Positions 27,089-36,201 of a stretch of DNA of 64,000 nucleotides are shown piece after piece (position 1 is the stretch's first letter; every line of letters starts with the position of its first letter). A model generated the notes under the pieces. That model was not told the DNA's origin, searched no databases, and saw only the letters and a program-made list of their open reading frames with translations. The position numbers were made by a program, and so were the translations under genes. The stretch lies in contig CAYNLG010000007.1 of assembly GCA_964397995.1 (NCBI GenBank), forward strand, positions 4,998 to 68,997. Direction: 5' to 3'. Source of the stretch: an uncultured Anaerolineales bacterium (lineage in GTDB: Bacteria > Planctomycetota > Phycisphaerae > FEN-1346).

Positions 27089-28513
27089 CTACTCCTCGGC
27101 CATCTTGCCCGAGGCCACGTGGATGGTCCGCGTCGGGAACGCGATCTCCAGGTCGCGCGCCACCAGCGCCCGCATGACGGCCAGGTTCACCCGCTCCATC
27201 GAGTCGAGGTAGTCGAGGTAGTCGGGCGAGACCGTGAAGTAGATGACCGTGAGGTTGAGGCTGGAGCCGCCGAACTCGGTGAAGCGGACGGCGATCCATT
27301 CGTTGTCGACGCCCTCGTCGGCCTCGAGGATGCCGCGGATGTCGGCCACGAGGGCCTCCATCTGGTCGGCGGTGGTGCTGTAGGTGACACCGACGGTCTG
27401 GACGACGCGGCGCATGTTCCGGGCGGACCAGTTGTCGATGGCCGCGTCCGCCACGTGCTTGTTCGGGATCGCCACGACGCTGCGCCCGAACAGGCGTACG
27501 CGCGTCGAGCGGAAGCCGATCTGCTCGACGGTGCCCTCGGCGTCGTTGATCTTGACCAAGTCGCCGACGCGGAACGGGTGGTCGAGGAAGATGAAGACCG
27601 ACCCGAAGAAGTTCGCGAGCGTGTCCTGCAGCGCCAGGGCGACCGCCAGCCCGCCGATGCCCAGCCCCGCCAGCAGGCTCGCGACGTTGTACCCCAGGAG
27701 CTGGACGACCCAGACGGCGGAGAAGGCCCCGATGGTGACCTTGAGCGACTTGCGAAGGAGCGGGACGATCTGGTCGTCGAGGCGCGAGTCCGTCCGCTCG
27801 GCCGCCTGCATGAGCTGGTAGACGACCACGTCCACCGCGCGGAAGAGGAACCAGACGATGTCCAGGGCCACCAGGACCTTGAGCGCGCCATACGCGAAGC
27901 CGCGCACATTCGGATCGACCGGCAGCCGCATCACCGCCGCCGCCCCGGCCAGGCCGGCCAGGGCCAACGCCCAGCCGATGGGCTTGGAGGCGGCCTCGCC
28001 CATCATATGGTCGAACTTGAAAGGCGTCTTCTTGAGCAGCGGGATCAGCGTGTGGTCCCAGACGACGTCCGAGACCTTGCGCATCACCAGGCCCAGCAGG
28101 ATGAAGAGGAAGGCGGCCAGGAACTGCCAGACCGCGACGCCGAGCAGTTCGATGAGGACCCAGCGGCCGAGGTACCGCTCCGCCAAGTACGAGAGGTCCA
28201 GCGCCGGGGCGTCGGGCTCGGGCGGCGGGGGCGCTTCCTGGTCGGCCGCCCAGGCCTCGGGGTCGGCGGACGGGTCGGCCGGGAGGGGGGCGGCGGCAGG
28301 CCCGGCCGCGGCGGCCTCCGCGGGCGGGTCGGCACCTTCTTCAGTGGCGGCCGGCGCCTCGGCGGGGGCCTCGCCGGCCAGGGCGCGCCCGGCGGTACTT
28401 CCCAGAAGCAGCAGGCCCCATCCCACAAGCGCCAGAAGGAGCGTCGCCGCGGCCAGGCGCACGGCCCCCCGGGCAACCAGGCGGTGCACGCGGCGGATGC
28501 GGGGGTTCGGCAT
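27089..28513 (-). CDS. MscS-family mechanosensitive channel
   Basis: ATG at 28511-28513 is preceded by GGAGGG. MscS core GDLVKINDAEGTVEQIGFRSTRVRLFGRSVVAIPN. The N-terminus has one TM plus an Ala/Pro/Glu-rich segment. Confidence 0.9.
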   Translation of the reverse strand: MPNPRIRRVHRLVARGAVRLAAATLLLALVGWGLLLLGSTAGRALAGEAPAEAPAATEEGADPPAEAAAAGPAAAPLPADPSADPEAWAADQEAPPPPEPDAPALDLSYLAERYLGRWVLIELLGVAVWQFLAAFLFILLGLVMRKVSDVVWDHTLIPLLKKTPFKFDHMMGEAASKPIGWALALAGLAGAAAVMRLPVDPNVRGFAYGALKVLVALDIVWFLFRAVDVVVYQLMQAAERTDSRLDDQIVPLLRKSLKVTIGAFSAVWVVQLLGYNVASLLAGLGIGGLAVALALQDTLANFFGSVFIFLDHPFRVGDLVKINDAEGTVEQIGFRSTRVRLFGRSVVAIPNKHVADAAIDNWSARNMRRVVQTVGVTYSTTADQMEALVADIRGILEADEGVDNEWIAVRFTEFGGSSLNLTVIYFTVSPDYLDYLDSMERVNLAVMRALVARDLEIAFPTRTIHVASGKMAEE

Positions 28514-28609
28514 GCGGCAGCCCTCCGGGGTATCTCGGGACAGCCCCAGCCTAGCGCGCCGGCGCGCCGGATGCAAGCGCGCGACCGCCGAAGCGCCGGC
28601 CCGCCCCGG

Positions 28610-29869
28610 CTACACGATCGACCCGTCCGGTCGTTTCAGGACGATGTACCCGGCGCCCTGTTCGCGGCGCGGCTTCGAGGCGAACTCCAGCTTGATCACC
28701 GTCACGCCGACCTGCTTGTCCGGGCTCTGGGGCGGCAGGCCCGTCAGGATGATCCGCCGCGTCTCCTGGACGAAGTCGATCGGCTTTCCGGTGGCCAGGT
28801 ACGTCGCCTTCTTCAGCGTCCCCTTCATGCCGCCGATCGTCAGCTCCTGGCCCGGCCAGCGGAAGACCCAGTAGTACGCCGTCTTTCCGCGCAGGCTCCA
28901 GCGGCCGAGCGGCAGGTTGCGCAGGCGGCCGTCGGTCCGGTCGAGCTTCCCGTAGACGGCCTCGCCGTTCTCTCCGAGCCACTTGCCGACCGGCAGGAGC
29001 CGCTCGGTCGCCTCGGGCGGCACGGAGCCGTCAGGCGTCGGGCCGATGTTCAGCAGCAGGTTCCCGTAGCCGGCCGCGCACGTCTGCAGCATGCCGACGA
29101 CCTCGCGGCTGCTCCGCCAGTCCGGCGAACATGGCATGTAGCCCCAGGAGCCGTTGAAGGTCATGCAGGCCTCCCAGGCGCGGCCGACCTCCTGGGGGTT
29201 GACGCGCCCTTCGGGGGTGCCGAAGTCCTCGGGCGTGGCCGACCGGTTGTTGATCAGGATGGCGGGCTGGAGGCGGCGGACCATGCGGTTCATCTTCTTC
29301 GATTCCCACCGCTCCGCGTCGAACCACGGCCACGAGACGTCGTACCACAGGATGTCGATCTGCCCGTAGTTCGACATCAGCTCGCGGACGCAGCCCTGGG
29401 TGAAGTCGAGGAACCGGCGCCGGGCGTCCTCGTCGGTGTAGCACGTCGCCCCGTCCGGGTGGTGCCAGTCCATCAGCGAGTAGTACAGGCCGACCTTGAG
29501 GTCAAACTCGCGGCACGCCTCGACGAACTCGGCCACCAAGTCGCGGCCCGGGCCGTAGTTGACGGCGCTATAGTCCGTCTGCCCGGTGTCCCAGAGGCAG
29601 AAGCCCTCGTGGTGCTTGGTGGTCATGACCATGTACTTCATGCCCGCCTTCTTCGCCAGCCGGGCCCACTCGCGGGCGGGCTTCGGCTTGGGCTTCCACG
29701 TGTGGGCGAGCTGCTCGTACTCCTCGACCGGAATCTGCTCGTGGTTCATCACCCACTCGTGGCGGCCGAGCTGCGAGTACAGGCCCCAGTGGATGAACAT
29801 GCCGAACCGGGCCTCCTGGAACCACTGGAGGCGCTTCTCCTGCGGGACGACGGCGGACCGTTTGGCCAC
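28610..29869 (-). CDS. alpha-L-fucosidase, GH29 (no signal peptide)
   Basis: GTG start is preceded by AAGGAGAG. ARFGMFIHWGLYS, MTTKHHEGFCLWDT, GLYYSLMDWHHPD and ILWYD are all typical GH29 stretches. Confidence 0.9.
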   Translation of the reverse strand: MAKRSAVVPQEKRLQWFQEARFGMFIHWGLYSQLGRHEWVMNHEQIPVEEYEQLAHTWKPKPKPAREWARLAKKAGMKYMVMTTKHHEGFCLWDTGQTDYSAVNYGPGRDLVAEFVEACREFDLKVGLYYSLMDWHHPDGATCYTDEDARRRFLDFTQGCVRELMSNYGQIDILWYDVSWPWFDAERWESKKMNRMVRRLQPAILINNRSATPEDFGTPEGRVNPQEVGRAWEACMTFNGSWGYMPCSPDWRSSREVVGMLQTCAAGYGNLLLNIGPTPDGSVPPEATERLLPVGKWLGENGEAVYGKLDRTDGRLRNLPLGRWSLRGKTAYYWVFRWPGQELTIGGMKGTLKKATYLATGKPIDFVQETRRIILTGLPPQSPDKQVGVTVIKLEFASKPRREQGAGYIVLKRPDGSIV

Positions 29870-29976
29870 GGGAACTCTCCTTCGTACGCACGTGAGGCGC
29901 CGGCGGCGCGCCGGCGCGGCGACCTTCTATACCACAGCCGCGGGCGGGGGCGGCAAGCGAAAAAGGGGCGGCAAAC

Positions 29977-31233
29977 CTACCTCGGCCAGCGCAGGCCCTT
30001 CGGCACCACGTAGCCCGGACCGAGTACCTGGCGGGGCCTCGAGGCGCACTCCAGCTTCAGGACCGTCACGCCAGCCAGCTTGTCCGGGCTGCGCTTCGGA
30101 AGGCCCGTGAGGACGAGGCGGTCCCGGGTCTGCTCGAAGGAGACCTCGCGGCCGGTCGCCAGGAGCGTCGCGCGCTTCACGGTCGAGCGCGGGCCGCCGA
30201 TCGCGATCTCCCGCCCCGGCCAGTGGAAGACCCAGAAGTAGGCCGTCTTGCCGCGGCTCGTCCACTGGCCCACGGGCATCTTCTCGAAGCGGCCGTCGGT
30301 GCGGTCCATGCGGCCGTAGACGGCCTCGGCGTTCCGGGCGATCCAGCGGCCGACGGTCCGCAGGCAGTCGGCCTCGTAGTCGGAGATCGTCCCGTCCGGC
30401 GCGGGCCCGACGTTCAGGAGCAGGTTCCCGTCGCCGGCGGCGCACTGGCGAAGCATCGCCAGCACGTCGCGTGTGCCGCGCCAATCGACCGCGCACGGCA
30501 TGTACCCCCACGAGACGCCGTTGAAGGTCATGCAGGCCTCCCAGGCCCGGCCGGGGTCGGCGGCCTTGATCTCCTCCTCGGGGGTACCGAAGTCCTCCTC
30601 CGTCCACGCCCGGTTGTTGATGAGGATGTGCGGCTGGAGCTCGCGGACCCGGGCGTTCATTTCGACGCTTTCCCAGGCCTCGGCCCCCTTCAGCGGCCAA
30701 GCGTAGTCGTACCACAGGATGTCGACGCGGCCGTAGCCGGTCATCAGCTCTTCGAGCTCGGCCCGCGTGTCGTCGAGGAAGCGGCGGCGCGCGGCCGGGT
30801 CCTTCCAGCAGCGGGCGCCGTCGGGGTGGTGCCAGTCCATGAGCGAGTAGTAGAAGCCGACCTTGAGGCCCTCGGCCCGGACGGCCTCGGCGAACTCGGC
30901 CACGAGGTCCCGCCCCGGGCCGCGCTTCCTCGCGCAGAAGTCCCGCCGCGCCGTGTCCCACAGGCAGAAGCCCTCGTGGTGCTTCGTGGTGAGGACGACG
31001 TACTTTGCGCCGGCGGCCTTGGCCAGGCGCGCCCACGCCCGGGCGAAGCCGGGCTTCGGGTGCCACGTGTCGGCCAGGGCCTCGTACTCGGCCCGGGGAA
31101 CGCGCTCGCGGTTCATGGCCCACTCGTTGCGGCCGAGTTGGGCGTAGAGGCCCCAGTGGAGAAAGAGGCCGAAGCGGGCCTCGCGGAACCATGCCAGGCG
31201 CGTCGCGGGCGGCAGGGGCGTGCGTCGGGGCAT
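29977..31233 (-). CDS. alpha-L-fucosidase, GH29, tandem paralog (no signal peptide)
   Basis: Track ORF 29977..32124 trimmed to the ATG at 31231-31233. Collinear with 28610..29869 and roughly two-thirds identical by eye (ARFGLFLHWGLYA, LTTKHHEGFCLWDT, FYYSLMDWHHPD). Confidence 0.9.
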   Translation of the reverse strand: MPRRTPLPPATRLAWFREARFGLFLHWGLYAQLGRNEWAMNRERVPRAEYEALADTWHPKPGFARAWARLAKAAGAKYVVLTTKHHEGFCLWDTARRDFCARKRGPGRDLVAEFAEAVRAEGLKVGFYYSLMDWHHPDGARCWKDPAARRRFLDDTRAELEELMTGYGRVDILWYDYAWPLKGAEAWESVEMNARVRELQPHILINNRAWTEEDFGTPEEEIKAADPGRAWEACMTFNGVSWGYMPCAVDWRGTRDVLAMLRQCAAGDGNLLLNVGPAPDGTISDYEADCLRTVGRWIARNAEAVYGRMDRTDGRFEKMPVGQWTSRGKTAYFWVFHWPGREIAIGGPRSTVKRATLLATGREVSFEQTRDRLVLTGLPKRSPDKLAGVTVLKLECASRPRQVLGPGYVVPKGLRWPR

Positions 31234-31259
31234 CGGGGCCTCGTCGGGCTCGCGGGCGC

Positions 31260-32195
31260 TCAGTGGTTCCGGCAGGCCCAGAGCAGCTCGTCGATCGTGC
31301 TTGTGGCCATGGCCTGGGTATCGTCGCCGGCGCCGTAGTAGATCTTGACCTCGCCGTCGGGCTCCGGCACGGCGGCGCAGCAGAAGATGACGTTCGGCAC
31401 GAGGCCGTGGCGTTCGTAGTGGGCCTCGGGCTGGAGGATGGGGTGCTCGGCCCGGGCGATGACCTTCGACGGGTCCTCCAGGTCCAGCAGGGCGACGCCG
31501 AGGGTGTACCAGGTGTTCGCGCAGGGCATCATGACGCCGTGGAAGAGGATGAGCCAGCCCTCGTCGGTGCGGATCGGGATGCTGCACGGGCCGATGCCGC
31601 TCGTGCAGAACAGGCCGCAGTCGGCCGCCTTCATGATCACCTTCGACCGGCCCCAGAAGTGGAGGTCCGGGGAGTAGGAGATCCAGATGTCGCCCTTGCC
31701 GGCGGGCTTGTTGGGGCGGTCGAGCCGGACGTACATCCCGTCCAGCTTCTCCGGGAACAGGACGATGTTCCGGTTGTCGATCTCGCCGAGCCAGTCGAAG
31801 AAGGCCACGTCCTCCCAGTCGGTCGTCCGGAACAGGGCCGGGCGGCAGCCCATGTGCCCGTGGACGGCCAGCGTCATGTAGTAGCACCCGTCCTCGGGCA
31901 TGTGCGTGATCCGCGGGTCGTAGACGACGTGCGTCGCGAACATGCGGAACTCGTCGTCGTCGGGCAGGGCCAGGGGCTCGGGGCGCGGCGTGAAGTGGAC
32001 GCCGTCGTCGGAGTCCGCCAGCCAGATGAGCGTGTACTGGCAGAGCTGGTTGACGCGGCAGGCCATGACGTAGCGGTCGCCGTGCTTGACGACGCCGGAG
32101 TTGTAGACGGCCGAGACCTTCCACGGGAAGGCGTCGGCGGTGAGGATGGGGTTCTCGGGATGGCGGCGGACGACGTCGCGGTCGGGCTTGCGCAT
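31260..32195 (-). CDS. GH130-family glycoside phosphorylase/hydrolase (beta-mannoside type)
   Basis: ATG at 32193-32195 is preceded by AAGGAGA. NPILTADAFPW, AVYNSGVVKHGDRY, DIWISYSPDLHFWG and EVKIYYGAGDD. Confidence 0.85.
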   Translation of the reverse strand: MRKPDRDVVRRHPENPILTADAFPWKVSAVYNSGVVKHGDRYVMACRVNQLCQYTLIWLADSDDGVHFTPRPEPLALPDDDEFRMFATHVVYDPRITHMPEDGCYYMTLAVHGHMGCRPALFRTTDWEDVAFFDWLGEIDNRNIVLFPEKLDGMYVRLDRPNKPAGKGDIWISYSPDLHFWGRSKVIMKAADCGLFCTSGIGPCSIPIRTDEGWLILFHGVMMPCANTWYTLGVALLDLEDPSKVIARAEHPILQPEAHYERHGLVPNVIFCCAAVPEPDGEVKIYYGAGDDTQAMATSTIDELLWACRNH

Positions 32196-32312
32196 CGGGT
32201 TCTCCTTCGGGCGGCCGCGCGGGCCGCGTCGCGTTCGGGGTGACCGGGGCGAAAGCCTACCGACCGCGTGGGCGGCGTGCCACAGGAAAACCCGCGCCGG
32301 CCGGCAAGCCGT

Positions 32313-32341
32313 TTGACGCAACGCGCTTTATGCGCCATAGT
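32313..32341 (+). promoter_or_regulatory. candidate sigma70-like promoter for the PEP-CTERM gene
   Basis: TTGACG (32313-32318), a 17-nt spacer, then CATAGT (32336-32341). It sits in a local AT-richer patch about 85 nt upstream of the ATG at 32425. Motif match only. Confidence 0.35.
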
Positions 32342-32424
32342 TACGTGCAGCCGGGGGAAAGGTGCGCTTGCGCCGGCCGCGCGGCCGGGGCGGCGCCGGG
32401 GTCGAGTCGCGGGGAGCGCAGGCG

Positions 32425-33759
32425 ATGAAACAGGGCCTTCTGGGTGTCCTTCTGGTGGTAGCGGCGGCCGGTCCGGCCGTCGCGGACGACGTCTTCACGG
32501 TCACAACGTCGGAGACCTCGACGACGACCTTGGGCGGCGACTACGTCGGCGGCGCGGCCCGCAAGGCCACCGTCAACGTCAGCGGCACCGGCACCGTCTG
32601 GACTGTCGACAGCGGCTGGAACAACGGCTTCACCGGGGCCAAGAGCTACTGGACCATGACCGGCGGGGCCGACATCGCCGTCTCGCCCGCGGCCCGGATC
32701 AACAACAACATGAGCGACCTCATCCACGCCCGCGACTTCCACGTCGCCGGCACCGGCACGGGCGAGGTCATCGAGTTCGACGTGAACTTCGACGCCGACC
32801 TCAGCCCGGACGGCACGCCCACCGGCGGCCTCTCCACCCTGACCGTCCAGCGGGCCACCATGGTCACCCACCACTCGCGGAACCTGCCGACCATCTGGAA
32901 GTACATCCCCGGGCCCACGCTCAGCCACCACGGCCTGCTCAACTTCACCACGGGCCCGGGCGCCCGCTGGGAGGTCCGCACCCACGACCAGCAGTACGAC
33001 GGCGGGACGTACTGGAAGTACGGCTGGACCCTCGACGTCGAGGCCGGCCGCACCCTCACCTACGTCGACACCTGGCACGAACGCCACGAGGTCGGCGCCG
33101 ACGTCGGCTTCGGCCCGTACGTCGGCACCACCGGCACGACCCTGACGAAGACGGGCGGCGGGACGCTGGAGCTGGCCGGCGAGACCGGCTGGCAGGCCGA
33201 TTCGACGCTGGCCGTCGACCAGGGCATCGTCGCGTTCACCGGCTACGACCCCGCCCTGGTGCACACCTACGGGTACATGAACGGGTCCGGCCAGGACCTG
33301 GCGGCCCGGGTCGCCCTCGGCGCCGCCTGCCGCTTCCTCCAGCCGAGCGACGCCGATGCCTGGGGCATCGAGGCCTTCGACCTGACCGGCACCGGGCAGG
33401 TGGGGCGCGGCACACTGAGCGTGCTGGACGACCTGACGTGCGCCCCGACGGCGGCAGTGGAACTCATCCTCACGGCCGCCGACCTGGGCCGCACCAAGGT
33501 CACCGTGGGCGGCACGGTGGCCCAGGCCGGGGACTTGGTGATCCTGAGCGACGGGACGGCCGGCCTCGGCACGTACGACCTCTTCGGCGGGACGCTGACC
33601 GGCGGGTTCGACCTCGTCCTGCCCGGCGGGTGGGCGGGCAGCTACGACGACGGCACGGGCGTGCTCACCGTTACGGCGCTGCCGGAGCCGGGGACGCTGG
33701 CGCTCGCGGCCCTCGGCGGGGTGCTCGCGCTGGTGCGGCGGCGGGCGCGCGGGGCCTAG
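32425..33759 (+). CDS. PEP-CTERM sorting-domain exported protein
   Basis: Track ORF trimmed to the ATG at 32425 (GGGGAG upstream). Signal peptide MKQGLLGVLLVVAAAGPAVA. The C-terminus LPEPGTLALAALGGVLALVRRRARGA is PEP motif + TM + basic tail. Confidence 0.82.
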   Translation: MKQGLLGVLLVVAAAGPAVADDVFTVTTSETSTTTLGGDYVGGAARKATVNVSGTGTVWTVDSGWNNGFTGAKSYWTMTGGADIAVSPAARINNNMSDLIHARDFHVAGTGTGEVIEFDVNFDADLSPDGTPTGGLSTLTVQRATMVTHHSRNLPTIWKYIPGPTLSHHGLLNFTTGPGARWEVRTHDQQYDGGTYWKYGWTLDVEAGRTLTYVDTWHERHEVGADVGFGPYVGTTGTTLTKTGGGTLELAGETGWQADSTLAVDQGIVAFTGYDPALVHTYGYMNGSGQDLAARVALGAACRFLQPSDADAWGIEAFDLTGTGQVGRGTLSVLDDLTCAPTAAVELILTAADLGRTKVTVGGTVAQAGDLVILSDGTAGLGTYDLFGGTLTGGFDLVLPGGWAGSYDDGTGVLTVTALPEPGTLALAALGGVLALVRRRARGA

Positions 33760-35141
33760 GGCGCTTCCTCGACCCGCTCAAACGTGTATCGCGCCTCGGG
33801 CAGCAGGTAGCTGAAGACCTGGCGCGTCCGGGGCGGGCGGTCGCTCCGCACGTCGTGGTAGACCATGGCGACGCGCGGGTCGCCCTCGCCGTCGACGGCC
33901 TCCATCAGCAGCTTCACGTTGACCATCTCGTCGCCGCGCCCGCTCTCGGCCGCCACCAGCCGCACCTCGCGCAGGGCCGCGTCCCGAAGCGGCAGCACGA
34001 GCCCGCGCACGAGGGCGTAGCCGATCCCCTGGAACCGGACGACGACGTCGCCGGCGTCCGACTCGGGCACAAACGTAATGACGGTCTCGGCGTCCGTGGG
34101 CCGCGCGACGATGCGCGTCGTGCCGCGGAACCCGATCTCCGGCTGCATCACGAACAGGTCCACCAGCCGCACCTCCCGCCCGGGCAGGACGGCCAGCGTG
34201 GCGGCCGCGAGGCTCTCCCCCCGATAGGTCCGCAGGGCCATCTCCAGGTGGTCCATCCGGTCCCACTGGCGCAGCAGGGCGACGAAGACGTCGATGGCGC
34301 GCGGCGTCCAGGCGAAGAGCTGGTCGCGGGTCTTGCGGAGGTCGCTGCCGGGCGGCATACGGGGCGCCTCGTCCCAGGAGACGAGAAGCTGCGCCTCCAG
34401 CCGCTCGACCAAGGCCCGCGGGGCCAGACCTTCGCCCATGGTCTCGACGACGCGCGGCACAAGGTCGAGGGGCTCGCGTTTGCCGACGACGGCGAAGCCC
34501 AGCCGGAGGACCGCCTGCGCGAGCGCCGTCCGCAGGTTGCCCGTGTCGCCGCCCGACGGCCCGCCGAAGAGGTCGTTGCCGAGGTGCTCTTCGATCCAGG
34601 CGAAGGCCATCTGCAGGACGGGGCCGCTTGCCCAGTCGACCGACACGCCGGCTGCGGCCTCCTCGGGGCAGTCGGGGCCGGGCGGCCAGCACCGGCCGCC
34701 GGTCGCCCCCTCGACCAGGCGGAGCGCCCGGGCGACGGAGCCGGCCCAGCGGTCGCGGTCGGCGCCCGTCGGGGTCTCGGCCAGGGCTTTCAGTTCCTCC
34801 ACGGCGGCCTTGACGTCCGTCAGCGTCGAGGCGATCTGCTCGGCGTGCCGGGGGCTGACGGCCAGTTCCACCGGGCCCGTATGCCCCCGGCTCAGCTTCC
34901 GGACGGTCTCGGCGATGGTCTCGGCCGAGAGGACGGCGTCGGGTTCCTGGCGGATGCGCCAGACGGTGGGGATGGTGCGGCCCTTGGCCTCGGCCTCCAG
35001 GGGCTCGGCCTCCGGCCACACTTCGGGGGTGAGCATCCAGACCCGCGCCAGCTCCGCCTCCGTCAGCGGGTGCCGCGCGATGCACCCCCCGGCCAGGGGC
35101 ACCAGCATCACTCCGAGCAGGGCAAGGCGGCGAAGGGGCAT
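33756..35141 (-). CDS. hypothetical lipoprotein (461 aa)
   Basis: ATG at 35139-35141 is preceded by GGAGG. Lipobox MPLRRLALLGVMLVPLAGGC. Mixed composition, no family recognised. Confidence 0.7.
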   Translation of the reverse strand: MPLRRLALLGVMLVPLAGGCIARHPLTEAELARVWMLTPEVWPEAEPLEAEAKGRTIPTVWRIRQEPDAVLSAETIAETVRKLSRGHTGPVELAVSPRHAEQIASTLTDVKAAVEELKALAETPTGADRDRWAGSVARALRLVEGATGGRCWPPGPDCPEEAAAGVSVDWASGPVLQMAFAWIEEHLGNDLFGGPSGGDTGNLRTALAQAVLRLGFAVVGKREPLDLVPRVVETMGEGLAPRALVERLEAQLLVSWDEAPRMPPGSDLRKTRDQLFAWTPRAIDVFVALLRQWDRMDHLEMALRTYRGESLAAATLAVLPGREVRLVDLFVMQPEIGFRGTTRIVARPTDAETVITFVPESDAGDVVVRFQGIGYALVRGLVLPLRDAALREVRLVAAESGRGDEMVNVKLLMEAVDGEGDPRVAMVYHDVRSDRPPRTRQVFSYLLPEARYTFERVEEAP

Positions 35142-35228
35142 GGGCAGGCCTCCAGGGACCACCTCCAAGGTAGGCCCCCCGCCCCGCCGGGTCAACGGCA
35201 AAGGCGCGCCGGCGGAGGCGGCAGTCCG

Positions 35229-35257
35229 TTGCGACCGGCCGCGCGCGGTGCTACCAT
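35229..35257 (+). promoter_or_regulatory. candidate sigma70-like promoter for the TPR lipoprotein gene
   Basis: TTGCGA (35229-35234), a 17-nt spacer, then TACCAT (35252-35257), 30 nt upstream of the GTG at 35287. Motif match only. Confidence 0.35.
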
Positions 35258-35286
35258 CGGGACGGTCCACACTGGGAGGGAGCCCC

Positions 35287-36201
35287 GTGCGACACGCCCT
35301 GCTCGTAGCCTTGACCGCCCTGGCCGCCGGCTGCGGCGCGCCTGTCCTTCAGATGCACCACGGACCGGTGGCGGACCTGCCCCTGCCGGCGACGGTGGAG
35401 ACGATCGGGGTGCGGCCGCTGGCGGTGACGGGGGCGGACGCGGCCTCCTGCACGGCGGCCGTGCGGGCGGCCCTGGCCCAGCGGCTGGCCGAGGGCGGCC
35501 TTCCGTACCGCGCCGCCGCCGGCGACCACGCCGACGCCTGGCTCGGCGGCTCGGTCGCCGTGACCGCCAGGGACACGCCCGGGACGCGGACGGTGCGGCA
35601 GATGGACCCGGCCACGGGCACACTGGGCCCGGTGACGCTCGAGACGCTCGTGCGGACCGTCGAGGTCGAGACGGCGCTGGTCCTCTCGGACGCGACGTCG
35701 GCCAAGCGGCTCGTCGCCGCCGCGGCCACCGAATCGTACGACTCGCGGCACGACCCGCGGGTGCGCGGCGAGTTGGGGCTGGACCGGCCGGCCGACCCGG
35801 CGCGTATCCCGCCCCTGGAGGCCATCCTCGACGACCTGCTCGGTCGCTGCGTCGGCACGTTCGTCGCGATGCTGGAGCCGGTGCCGGTGACAGGCGAGGT
35901 GGCGATGCGGCCGGTGGACGACCCGCTCGGCCAGCGGGGCCTGGGGGCGGCCGCCTCCGGCGACCTCCGCGCCGCGGTCGCCTACTTCCGGCGGGCCCTG
36001 GAGCGCGACCCGGGCCACCGTGCCGTGCGGTTCAACCTGGCGGCGGCGCTGGAGGCGTCGGGGTCGCTGGCGGCGGCGCGGCAGGAGTACCGGTTGCTGG
36101 CCGAGACCGCGGACGATGCCGAGGCCCAGGCCGGCGTGGTGCGCCTGACGCGGGTCCTGGGGGCGCCGCTGCGGCAGGAGCCGCCTAGCCCCGCGCCTTG
36201 A
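35287..36201 (+). CDS. hypothetical lipoprotein with a C-terminal TPR-like region
   Basis: GTG at 35287 is preceded by GGGAGGGAG. Lipobox VRHALLVALTALAAGC. The C-terminus AVAYFRRALERDPGHRAVRFNLAAALEASGSLAAARQEY is TPR-like. Confidence 0.65.
   Translation: MRHALLVALTALAAGCGAPVLQMHHGPVADLPLPATVETIGVRPLAVTGADAASCTAAVRAALAQRLAEGGLPYRAAAGDHADAWLGGSVAVTARDTPGTRTVRQMDPATGTLGPVTLETLVRTVEVETALVLSDATSAKRLVAAAATESYDSRHDPRVRGELGLDRPADPARIPPLEAILDDLLGRCVGTFVAMLEPVPVTGEVAMRPVDDPLGQRGLGAAASGDLRAAVAYFRRALERDPGHRAVRFNLAAALEASGSLAAARQEYRLLAETADDAEAQAGVVRLTRVLGAPLRQEPPSPAP

Noticed and set aside
28554-28567. Perfect 14-bp palindrome GCGCGCCGGCGCGC in the MscS-fucosidase spacer
   Set aside because: Short all-G/C palindromes are expected by chance at this base composition, and there is no second copy or adjacent motif.
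29947-29974. 10-bp direct repeat GGGGCGGCAA x2 (18-bp period) between the two GH29 genes
   Set aside because: It could be an operator, but two short G-rich copies in 70% GC DNA are weak evidence. It is not reported as a feature.
19205-30013. Long ORFs 19205..23464(-), 20419..23850(+), 23654..26605(+), 23682..25118(-) and 27119..30013(+)
   Set aside because: All overlap motif-supported genes in other frames or on the other strand, and all show Arg/Pro/Gly shadow composition.
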